DNA from: Macrostomum lignano
Taxonomy: Eukaryota
Length of the DNA stretch: 64,000 bases
Assembly: GCA_002269645.1 (NCBI GenBank)
Contig: NIVC01003150.1
Coordinates: forward strand, 1-64,000
Reading direction: 5' to 3'
In this document: positions 1-9,198 of the stretch, piece by piece
Position numbering within the stretch: the stretch's first letter is position 1
Layout of the letters: every line of letters begins with the position of its first letter
Notes under the pieces: generated by a model
Told to the model about the DNA's origin: nothing
The model's database searches: none
The model's input: only the letters and a program-made list of their open reading frames with translations
Translations under genes and position numbers: made by a program

Positions 1-94
1 AGATAAAATAGATACGAAATCGATAGGAATCCAAAGGACAGTAAAATCTGTAATGAGTACGAATTCCCAGTGGCAATGCGCCAACACTAATCTA

Positions 95-330
95 GGTTGT
101 AGCCCAGTGGTCAGAGCGTCAGACTCACGACTTGAAGGTCGGGGTTCGATTCCCCACCCCACTGGAACAATTTGTGTCCTTGAGCAAGACACTTAACTCT
201 GCATTGCCTCAGTTCACTCAGCTGTAAATGGGTGCCCGCATTAGCTGGGGTAATTGAGGGTGTGTGTGGCGACCCCCCCCCCCCTTCAATCCTTGGACTG
301 AACAGCCGTACGCAGGCTTCAGATGCGCGG
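95..330 (+). mobile_element. tRNA-derived SINE with CORE-like segment
   Basis: A-box TAGCCCAGTGG (100-110) and B-box GGTTCGATTCC (143-153), then TGTGTCCTTGAGCAAGACACTTAAC...GCCTCAGTTCACTCAGCTGTAAATGGG, resembling the CORE domain. Ends approximate. Confidence 0.6.
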
Positions 331-1637
331 CAATAGCTGCGGCTGAGCTGTCGTTGCACATCTGTCTATTAGGGCAGTGTGATCAATTATTATTATTAAG
401 CTATTGTGGCTGTCCGAGGTCGCGAGGGTACCTGCAGTTGAGGCTTTTCGGTGCTAGGGGTGCCAGTGTTAGTGATTATTTAGTGTCCGAAAGAGAGATA
501 AAGACTCCTGGATTACTCTAACTGATTCATTTCAAGCTGACAAGGAAAATTAATAAAATACAATAGAACATCAGGGATGTCACGTATAGCATTGATTTAT
601 AGTACACGAGCACTCTTGCGCTGAACCCCTGTCTCCATCTCAGAGCAGAGTTTAGTTGCTAAACCATGCACCAAGCGTCTCTTTGGCGCCTAGTCTAATT
701 GAGTAAGTGAAGCCATGCATTTACTCTTTCTAGTTGCAGGTGTTTCGCAACTCTCTTGATGCTCTCTCTCCTATGCTTCATTCCCGCCATGTATTCCCGC
801 CCCAGGGTCAACACCCGAAGCACGATTGGAAAGTCAGGGACGCTGCTGGGATTCAGAACAACAATCTGCCTGACTCAGATTGAGACTACTCACTGACTGA
901 CTTAAGGCAAAAGTGCACAATTGAGCAGCTCAACTGCTGTCAGTACCAGAAGAACGGAGAAAAACGGAAAATAAAGAACTGAACTGAAAACCATTGACCA
1001 TCTGGTTGGGGAGACAGACAGCACTCTATACTCCAACGGGAACTCAAATTGGCTGAATGCATGGCCCAATAGTCACCTGGCTCACACTGCCCGGATATTT
1101 ACCCAAAATTTAGTCCCTAAAATGTTTGCCCGCATTATCTCCTCGCCATCTCGCCTCTCCAATATTTGAACAAATGTTTGAACGCCAAGCATAGATAAGA
1201 AAGTTCAAGTTTCCGGTACATAATTCATGCTGTAAGCAGCTAAAGAGTACACAGAACCTCCATTTTTGCAGAAGCGCTAGAAAGGCAAGGTCTTGAACTC
1301 CCTCGGGTCTCCGATCAGGACCGCACGAACATCTGCCTAGAAATGTACTTTCACCTTGTTTATCCATCAACAGCAAAAAAGACAATTCAAAGAGAGTTTA
1401 AGTAGAATTCATTTCGATATATTCCCAAAGAGACAATTGTTTTCTGTATTTTGAAATATGAACAGCCAGTGGACAACGGCTAGGCAGTACAAAAGCACAA
1501 TCTCCACAATTCCAACTTGCTTGCTCAAATAGAACACGAATGGTTTGGTTAAGACTGCAAGCATGGCAACTGCAAAGCTGGACTGCCAGAGACAAAATGT
1601 CATGCTTTCTTTGTGACGTAAAAACTCGATATACAGT

Positions 1638-1770
1638 TTATTGCAGTCCCGACTGCCGTTATTGCAATCCCAATTGCCGTTATTGAAGTCCCGACTGCCG
1701 TTATTGCAATCCCAATTGCCGTTATTGAAATCCCGATTGCCGTTATTGCAGTCCCAATCGCCTCTATTGA
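1638..1770. repeat. 21-bp minisatellite (~6 copies)
   Basis: Repeating GTTATTGCAATCCCAATTGCC / GTTATTGAAGTCCCGACTGCC units. Confidence 0.85.
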
Positions 1771-1872
1771 TTTCCATTAATTCCCATTATACCTAAATAT
1801 ATACGAAATGCCACTCGAACTAGCAGTCAAAAGTACTCAAAACGGCCTCAAATACAAAGGAAACAGTACTTG

Positions 1873-2254
1873 CTACACAAACTTGGTGGCAATGGCCAAT
1901 AGCTTAGTATAGTCTAGTTTGGGATTGCGATTAGCCCGAAGGAAGCTGGGCACAGGCGCCAGAATCCGGTTGCCAAGCGGCTGGCCTTCATCGTTCAGCA
2001 GCACCAGATTGTTGCTATCAAACTGCGGCCTGAGGGGACCTTCGGGTCGGCGGGCTCCGACAATGAAGCCGCGCCGCTTCTGGCCAAGAATGGCCACCAT
2101 GACCATGTCGCCCGTGGCTGCCTTCAGCTTCTTGCCGTAGACGTGCATCACTCTGGGCGGCTTGCCTGCCTCCATGGCCCGGCGGCCCAGTTCGCTGTTG
2201 TCCACGACACGGAGTCGGGTGCGCCGCTGAATGTAGTCAAGGCGCGGCGTTGTG
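1873..2254 (-). CDS. MRPL14: Mitochondrial ribosomal protein L14, 3' coding exon
   Basis: TRLRVVDNS...GDMVMVAILGQKRRGFIVG...FDSNNLVLLNDEGQPLGNRILAPVP is typical uL14m. Polypyrimidine acceptor (TTTTTCTTGTCCCCCCGCAG) at 2255-2256; upstream exon not located. Confidence 0.9.
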
Positions 2255-2286
2255 CTGCGGGGGGACAAGAAAAATGTACATGTAGC

Positions 2287-2765
2287 TCTGACCAATTAAC
2301 AGGCTTGTTCCATCCTGACCAATCGGCAATCAGTAGGTCTGTTCCCTCCTGACCAATCAGCAATCGGCAGGTCTGTTCCCTCCTGACCAATCAGCAATCG
2401 GCAGGTCTGTTTCCTCCTGACCAATCAGCAATCAGTAGGTCTGTTCCCTCCTGACCAATCAGCAATCAGTAGGTCTGTTCCCTCCTGACCAATCAGCAAT
2501 CAGTAGGTCTGTTCCTTCATGACCAATCAGCAATCGGCAGGTCTGTTTCCTCCTGACCAATCAGCAATCAGTAGGTATGTTCCCTACTGACCAATCAGGA
2601 ACCAGCAGTTCTGCTCCCTCCTGACCAATCAGCAATCAGCAGGTCTGTTCCTCCTGACCAATCAGCAATCAGTAGGTCTGTTCCCTACTGACCAATCAGG
2701 AACTAGCAGTTCTGCTCCCTCCTGACCAATCAGCAATCAGTTGGTTTGTTCCATCCTGACCAATC
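2287..2765. repeat. ~34-bp minisatellite with a CCAAT box in each unit (~14 copies)
   Basis: Unit CTGACCAATCAGCAATCAGTAGGTCTGTTCCCTC. Confidence 0.9.
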
Positions 2766-5191
2766 ACGCAAAAACTAGACCAGAGGGTAAGATCTGAAAC
2801 GAATCAGCTAATCTGAGCTAATCTGAGTTAAGGTAATCCGAAACGAGTAATGGTTTTGATTGTTTTTATAAAAACATTTATCCAGCTTTCAGAACAATTT
2901 TCACTAAGCTCGAGTGGAGCATCCTACCCTTTCTAAGAAGTCCTTGGTTGAAATAATCGCAGACTGAGAAGTTAAGACAACTGAGGGTAGGGCAGCACAG
3001 CATGGAACTGGTAGAAATCCAGACATGAATAAAACTCTCCTAACATACGGGCGAAAGTAAATGCAGTCGAATGCAAGCAAAACTACTTAAGTAGATTAAA
3101 AATTCTACATCGGAGCCGGTAAGAGACGCCGCACCGGCAGAACAACCCCAGTGCAGCTTATTGAAAATGCATGGGACGGAGGCTCAGACTTAATACACTT
3201 ATTACATTAAAAGAAAGCAACCACGTCTGATAGCTGATTTGATTAATTAATCCATATCTAATCAATGCAGCTGAGGTGGCCCCAAGTAACATCTGTGCCG
3301 CCCTGTCCCAACGCGCCGCCCACAGATCCCACCCACGTTTGCCATTTCAGACAGTTGTTTTAATTTAAACAAAAACGTCGGAAGTTTCTCGTCATTTTTC
3401 TTTAAAAAAGAATCACTAAAATATTGAAACGCTTTGCATCGGCCAGAAATATTGATTAAGTTTGCACAAAACCAAAATCAAACTGAAACTCTGCACGTGT
3501 ATAGGGAATTCGAGATGATAAAAGGCGACAGACGGGCGGGAAAAGCAAATAGGAAACAAAAAGTGTAAACCCAAATCCGAGCAGTACTTAGCATCTCGCA
3601 CAGAGTTTGTTGGAGCGAAAACAAGAAAAAGAGAGTTAAAGAAGAGATGCAGTTGAGCTTGGGCTTCTGGATTCTCTTCTCAGATTCAATTAATAGGGGG
3701 GGGGGTCACTTCAGTAGCCAGTCAGGCAGACATCCCGTCCGTTCGGCCTTCGTAGTCCCCCTTCTTTCTAGAAGAATCTTATACACCCCAACTTTGCCAA
3801 TTAGTTAAACTAGTTATACTTACAACTTAAACTAATAATAATAATAATAATAGTAATCGCTGCGACAGCAATAGTAAGAATACGGAGCATAATATAATAA
3901 AATTGTGACCCTACTCAACCCCATGGGGAGAGCCAACAGGCAAATTCCATTAGCAATGCCAGTACACTACATGTAAACCAAATATTTGAGAATCAAAGAG
4001 AAACTGCACACAGCAGGGAGGGAGGAGGACATTGATTTACGCGGAGCAAGGCTTGTGTTTACAAGGCTTCCTCGCTGGTCTGCCATTTATTCGTTCAGTC
4101 GTCATTCATTCGCTCATTCGTCTGTCAATGTTTCGGCGCTAACCTGTCAGTCTTCACTCTTCAAACGAAGGTCGGTTGCTGGGCCCCGAATTCAAGGCCT
4201 ATTTAGCAAATCGCTTGATTGCTTGCTCACAGAAGGAAGGTTTTTTGTTTTCGTCCCGGCTTTCATCGGAAATGCTAGGTAGACAATTTTTAAAAAGAAG
4301 GGATGTGGCTCGAACCAGATTTTGGATGAAGCAACGTGTCCATATGTTTGAACTAAAGATTCAAGGTCTCCTTGAGCTGGGTCTCTGAGATCCAGGCTTA
4401 TTACACCAATTGCAGGACACACAGAGAGATTAATAATTGTTAAGGAGAAGAATCTGGTAGATAAGAATGCGACAAGCTATAGGGATAAGCAATAGAAAAG
4501 TTGTGCACTACGCTCGTAAATTCGCTCTCTATTTTGTGCAGCCAGTGGAGGCAATTTTACCAGCAGCAATCCTAACACGACACAGATATAGGTAGAGGCA
4601 ATCTGCTACTTAGGAGCGCAAAATGTAAGCGGTAAAGTTCGATGAGGAAACGATGTCAAGTGAATGATTGACAGCAGCACGGAACGTATATTTTCAAGCG
4701 AATTCATCCAGCAATGGAGGGGGTGGGACTAAAAGCTGCTGGCAGATAAGCGCGAGATTAAACATTAAAAGCAAGGGCAAGAAAAAACAAGCACAGGAAC
4801 GGAACGAACACGCAGCGGCTCGATGGGCTTAAAATCAATTGCTGCAAACTTATTACTGACTTCCGCTAACGAATGTCAGACAAAATCTCACAGCTTGGCA
4901 AGGTAGGCGGCCAAATTGATTAGTAGCTACAGTACCATAGATAGCTAAAGCTGTATATATAGACCCCTTAGCAATTGGGTCCCATCGGTGCAATTATGAA
5001 TACTCATAATTGAAGAGCATGCAGCTGTGCAGATACATATTTTCCATCGACACTGGGTTTCAAATCTTTTAAGAAACTGACAAGTTTAATTTTGCAATTT
5101 TTATTATGAATTTTTCTCGCGTTATTGCTTGTCATTCGGGTCTACGACATTTGACTGACTGCCTTTTGACTGTGTACATGTCTTGGGGGTG

Positions 5192-5197
5192 GGGGGT
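5192..5197. repeat. Target site duplication, left copy (GGGGGT; right copy 15701-15706)
   Basis: Identical hexamer directly outside both TIRs; 6-bp TSD is typical of Polintons. Confidence 0.9.
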
Positions 5198-5842
5198 ACT
5201 ACTAAGGGATTCCGTATGGCGCGATTTTGCGAAGGTCCGTCGGGCTGATGTCGGCCTCTAGCACCGCGGCAAGGTGCTCCCTCGGGGTGTACCACCTCCC
5301 CCGGGGTGTACCTCCAGCGGGGTGGGTGTCCAGCGAGTGTACCTCCAGCGGGGTGGGCCTCCCGCGAGTGTACATCCGGCCGGCTGGGCGTCCAGCGAGT
5401 GTACCTTCAGCGCATGGGCCTCCCTCGGGGTGTACATCCGGCGGGGGGATTCCCGCCCCTCCCACCAATGTCGTGTGCACGCGGTTAGTGTAGGAAGGAA
5501 ACCCCGATGCTGACGCAGCCCTGTACACTGAGCAACCGGCCCCCCATGCGGGGGACAGAGAGCAGCCCCTGTAGCAGGAGGGGTAGTGCGTGGAGAGCCG
5601 CCATCCCCCTGTAGCAAGGGACAGATAACAGGCGGCCCCCTGTAGCAGTATGAGGTGGGGTACAAAGAGACACGGGGTGCTGGGACAGAGAGTGCGTGGA
5701 GGCACCCTGCGCTGCCCTGGCATGTCGCAGCACGCGGCGTGGACAGAGAGGGAGTGTGAGTCACACGGAGGGACAGAGAGCTTCCCCAGGCCGGGGTGGT
5801 AGAGGGACAGACCGGCGGTGAGTGATAGAGAGCTCCCCCAGG
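5198..5842 (+). repeat. Left terminal inverted repeat
   Basis: Begins ACTACTA; near-identical reverse complement of 15061-15700 apart from small indels and one 11-bp block. Confidence 0.95.
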
Positions 5843-5917
5843 CTGCAGAGGGACAGACAGGCCGCGAGCAACGTGTTAATGCAACCATAAATAGAAGCAG
5901 TGTACAAAACCCTCTGT

Positions 5918-6697
5918 ATGGAGAACATGGAAGAGGGTATAACTGATAACCCCTATTTCAGCAACGAGAGCGTGCGCGCCAGATTACCCCTCATTGAAAG
6001 ATTGTTATCAGACACTAGGAAAAGAATCGAGGGATTGACCGCAAAGGAGCGCTTAGAATTCACGTATCTAGCCCGGCTGGCATTCGTAACTGAAGTAAAC
6101 ATTGAGGAGAGAGAGGTGGCGTTGACTTGGGAGGAAGCAGAAGAAGCGATAAAAACCCGGTCCTGTATGGTCACAGCCAATCTATGGAGTGCGGCAATAC
6201 ACCTCAATGACACGAGGGGGTTAATTGACACAGAGTTTGTTAGACAAGTTCACACACGCGTGTGCAGAGGACTGCTCCCGAATGCAGGATCGTATAGAAT
6301 TAAGCACGCCAAGCCAGCAGGCGCGAGTATGTATTACAGTGCCCCAGAAAATATTGAACGGCAGCTGGTAAAATTAACTAGAGACATAAAAGAGCCACAA
6401 ATCTTGCGTGATGCAGTAGTGACAGGAGCATATTTCCTAGAAAAGTTTCTCACCATACACCCCTTTAGCGACGGCAATGGTAGAACTGCTAGGTTGTTAT
6501 TATCAAAGTTGATCAACCGGATTCTGCCAGAACCCGTATCATTTGCGTATGCAAATAGAGACACATATCTCAACTGTCTTTACGAAGCGCGCAGCAGCAA
6601 CCGGGGGCTCCTAGCGGCGTATTTACTTTTATCAATTGAGAGAACCGTTCTACAGTGGAGGGAATGGTTGGAAATCTGTTCAGACGGCAGCCTATAA
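5918..6697 (+). CDS. Fic-domain protein (putative AMPylase), class II-like
   Basis: Complete Fic motif HPFSDGNGRTAR; AGSYR flap; N-terminal TEVNIEE..LTWEE aligns by eye with the FICD inhibitory helix (TVAIEGNTLTLSE). First ATG at 5918. Confidence 0.92.
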   Translation: MENMEEGITDNPYFSNESVRARLPLIERLLSDTRKRIEGLTAKERLEFTYLARLAFVTEVNIEEREVALTWEEAEEAIKTRSCMVTANLWSAAIHLNDTRGLIDTEFVRQVHTRVCRGLLPNAGSYRIKHAKPAGASMYYSAPENIERQLVKLTRDIKEPQILRDAVVTGAYFLEKFLTIHPFSDGNGRTARLLLSKLINRILPEPVSFAYANRDTYLNCLYEARSSNRGLLAAYLLLSIERTVLQWREWLEICSDGSL

Positions 6698-6731
6698 ATA
6701 AATAAAATTGGTATTTCTCAACAATATCGAA

Positions 6732-7085
6732 ATGTACTGGCAATCGGAAATAGTGTACACCCACGTTGACAACGCAGTGCTGGAAGTGGGATATTGGGAC
6801 CCAAACAAACCGCGTTTCCGCATCCACTGTCAAAACTGTAGCTGTCCAGGAGCCGTGTTTAGTCGAGCACAATGGCATCGAATGAAATTTCTGGGCACTA
6901 GCTGCACAGATTACGATCTCGGAGGCGGCGCATCTATCAAAGTTATCGACGGGAAGCGCCTGTACGTAAAAGGAGACTGCGAATTTCACCTGTCAGACAA
7001 AATACTTTGTGCAGTTGAAAAGAATAGAGTCGACAATTTCTTCCACTATTTCTTTCTCGACGAATCTGACGAGTCAGAGGAATGA
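6732..7085 (+). CDS. Hypothetical viral protein, possibly PC4/Whirly-like
   Basis: ATG 39 nt after a TATAAATA box; LEVGY..P.FRI...GAVFSRAQWHRMK resembles the PC4 strand/helix pattern; acidic tail. Fold call is weak. Confidence 0.6.
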   Translation: MYWQSEIVYTHVDNAVLEVGYWDPNKPRFRIHCQNCSCPGAVFSRAQWHRMKFLGTSCTDYDLGGGASIKVIDGKRLYVKGDCEFHLSDKILCAVEKNRVDNFFHYFFLDESDESEE

Positions 7086-7462
7086 GCTGGATTTCTCGAG
7101 ACTACCCGCTTTTATCGAGCAAAGAAAGGGCAGAGTACGAGACCCTGAAAAAGTCCACAGACTGGTTATGCATTTGTCACGGCAAACCAATTCCCGAACG
7201 ATTAGTCACCTTTAATGTCGAGGTAGACGAAATTGGGCAAGGGCCTTACAGCACCCAAGAATATACAGATGCCCGAATTGACTACTACTTTAGAGACAAG
7301 ATGCATTTCAAAGCCAATCTTCAAAGAATGGAGCAGATAATTGCCCCAATATTACAAGAGGATCATCGTGAGAAAATACGGTACCGGAATCACCAGCCGA
7401 TTGCTCCCTCGTGGACGAACACCAAAGGATTTGGCGACCTAAACACAGTAGACCAGTGCTAG
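7082..7462 (+). CDS. Hypothetical viral protein (126 aa)
   Basis: ATGA start/stop overlap with the previous ORF; protein-like composition; no recognised motif. Confidence 0.7.
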   Translation: MSWISRDYPLLSSKERAEYETLKKSTDWLCICHGKPIPERLVTFNVEVDEIGQGPYSTQEYTDARIDYYFRDKMHFKANLQRMEQIIAPILQEDHREKIRYRNHQPIAPSWTNTKGFGDLNTVDQC

Positions 7463-7610
7463 CGAAGTTGACTATCAACCCTCACTGCAGCTGCATTAAC
7501 GACACGCCTCAAACCCCTCGACCAGAAGATCGAAACAAAAGGTTTATTTTTTCCGGATTTCCAACACCGGAAAGTGTCGTTAAAGAAGCACTATAACAAA
7601 AACGCCCAGC

Positions 7611-7640
7611 CACCCCACCCTCCGCCCAAGGGTATATAAG
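7611..7640 (+). promoter_or_regulatory. GC box plus TATATAAG promoter of the SSB-like/TBP-like unit
   Basis: CCACCCCACCCTCCGCCCAAGGGTATATAAG; TATA box at 7633 is 55 nt before ATG 7688. Confidence 0.55.
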
Positions 7641-7687
7641 GAGGCGCTCAGGGTGTGAGACCCACTCTCAGCAACAGCAGCAGCAAC

Positions 7688-8368
7688 ATGGATACCGTTC
7701 AAGACTACAATAGTGTTAGGATCGACCTATTCTCTCTCAAGTCGAGAGGTCCAAGCTACAACGGAACCGAGACGTACGACATTGAGTACGACGAACAGGG
7801 CCCTCTCTATCTTGCCAATGCGACGCCCGTACTGATTGTCAAGGGTGTGAGAACCGACAATGAAGGCCGCGAATTCATCATTCTTTCCCAAAAGCACTTG
7901 GAGAGCTGCATACCAGAAGCGTTCAATTCCGTGTGTCACCAGCTCTCTATCCAAGGAATGGCGCTATTGGGGTACAACCCCACTTTTGGCTGCGACAGCG
8001 CTGCATTCGGATTGGCTCACGACTTTAAAATGTACGACAAGAGCGGCAAGTTGTGCACCGACTACAAGAACAAGACGGGCTACTATAGAGTACTGTTCGC
8101 CCTAGACACGGCGGTGATTCACGACTCGGTTCTAACCGCGGTACCAAAAATTCAACAACTGCAATTCATAGAAGCTCCCAAGCAGGCGTTTGACCGCTGC
8201 TACTGGATTCCACCGTTAAAAATCAAGGTAGGACGCAAGCGCGGAGCTGGTGGAGCTGAGCGGAAACAAAAGCAACCGAAAAAACCGCTTGCAGAACGTC
8301 GTGTGCGTAAACAGGGTGTTTTGCGCAAGGTGGAACCACCTACCGAACTTGGACTGGGCGCGCGCTAG
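7688..8368 (+). CDS. Hypothetical viral protein, possibly OB-fold ssDNA-binding (DUF2738-like)
   Basis: ATG preceded by a GC box and TATATAAG. YDEQGPLYL..TP and YRVLFALDTAVIHD..TAVPKIQQLQFIE..FDRC resemble large-DNA-virus SSBs; basic NLS-like tail. ORF well supported, fold tentative. Confidence 0.65.
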   Translation: MDTVQDYNSVRIDLFSLKSRGPSYNGTETYDIEYDEQGPLYLANATPVLIVKGVRTDNEGREFIILSQKHLESCIPEAFNSVCHQLSIQGMALLGYNPTFGCDSAAFGLAHDFKMYDKSGKLCTDYKNKTGYYRVLFALDTAVIHDSVLTAVPKIQQLQFIEAPKQAFDRCYWIPPLKIKVGRKRGAGGAERKQKQPKKPLAERRVRKQGVLRKVEPPTELGLGAR

Positions 8369-8768
8369 AACGTTTCATAGACCCCGGGCATTGTACAACC
8401 TGAGGATCGGAAAGTGTACAATAAACTTTTTCAAACGTTCATTATCTGCCATTGTTTTTGGTTGCCAATCAACCAACGATGTGCTGCGTCTTTTTGCTCA
8501 ATGTAAACCAAACTCTGTTGTTATCACTACCGGTACTTATCGTGCAGAAGTTAATGTTAAGCCAAACTTTTTCCGCCTTGCCAACTCGAGCTCGCGCTGG
8601 GTTGAGTGGGAGAGTGAGGTATTCAATGGGCTTGTAATAAAGTCCCCATTCCGCAAGGCCAAGTGCCTGCTGTGCGGAAAGAATGGTCGGTTAGTGTTCC
8701 TAGGAATACGAAACTATGACGAACTGTGTAAAATGTACGACCACGTGACTGCTATTCTGCAACTCTAA
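8250..8768 (+). CDS. TATA-binding protein (TBP)-like protein, two-repeat core; no in-frame ATG
   Basis: RLQNVVCV ~ TBP [39 protein letters not shown] ~ [76 protein letters not shown] ~ [46 protein letters not shown]. Frame is open from 8232. Confidence 0.78.
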   Translation: [172 protein letters not shown]

Positions 8769-8806
8769 TTATGCTTTGCTTATAAATAAACAAAATATGC
8801 ACATGT

Positions 8807-9196
8807 ATGCACGCAATGCTTACCACCTTAATAATGACAAACGGAATTTCTCGTCTTTGTTCTTGCCGTCGCGAGCTAGAGGAGCTCGGTGACGCGCGAC
8901 CACATCGAAGGAGGGCCATTATTAGGGGAGCCGATAATGAGTTGATGCAGTGTCTGTGCGAGTTAAGCCACAATGTACTCAAGGGCAATATCGATCTATC
9001 CCCTAGACAGTTTGCAAGGTTGAAACGTTATAGAGAAGCCCTGCATGACATGGCCGACAAAAAACTGTCTATAAATAGGAAGAAGAATATGATACTATCG
9101 GACCCTCAAGTTGGAGGATTCCTACCAATTCTCGCCAAGATTGCTGCTCCGTTAATCACTGGACTGTTTGGTGGTCTGCTAGGACAACGACGTTGA
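8807..9196 (+). CDS. Conserved Polinton/adintovirus small protein with C-terminal GGFLP amphipathic segment (adenovirus pX-like)
   Basis: LCELSHNVLKGNIDLS...QVGGFLPILAKIAAPLITGLFGG pattern; true start may be ATG 8816 or 8834. Confidence 0.75.
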   Translation: MHAMLTTLIMTNGISRLCSCRRELEELGDARPHRRRAIIRGADNELMQCLCELSHNVLKGNIDLSPRQFARLKRYREALHDMADKKLSINRKKNMILSDPQVGGFLPILAKIAAPLITGLFGGLLGQRR

Positions 9197-9198
9197 AA

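Noticed and set aside
95-165. tRNA genes here and at 17500-17592
   Set aside because: A and B boxes are present, but I could not fold a full cloverleaf. The 95-165 head continues into a SINE body.
5202-5888. ORFs in the TIRs, including 14959-15696
   Set aside because: GC-rich repeat sequence, mirrored at both ends, with indels between the two copies that shift the frames.
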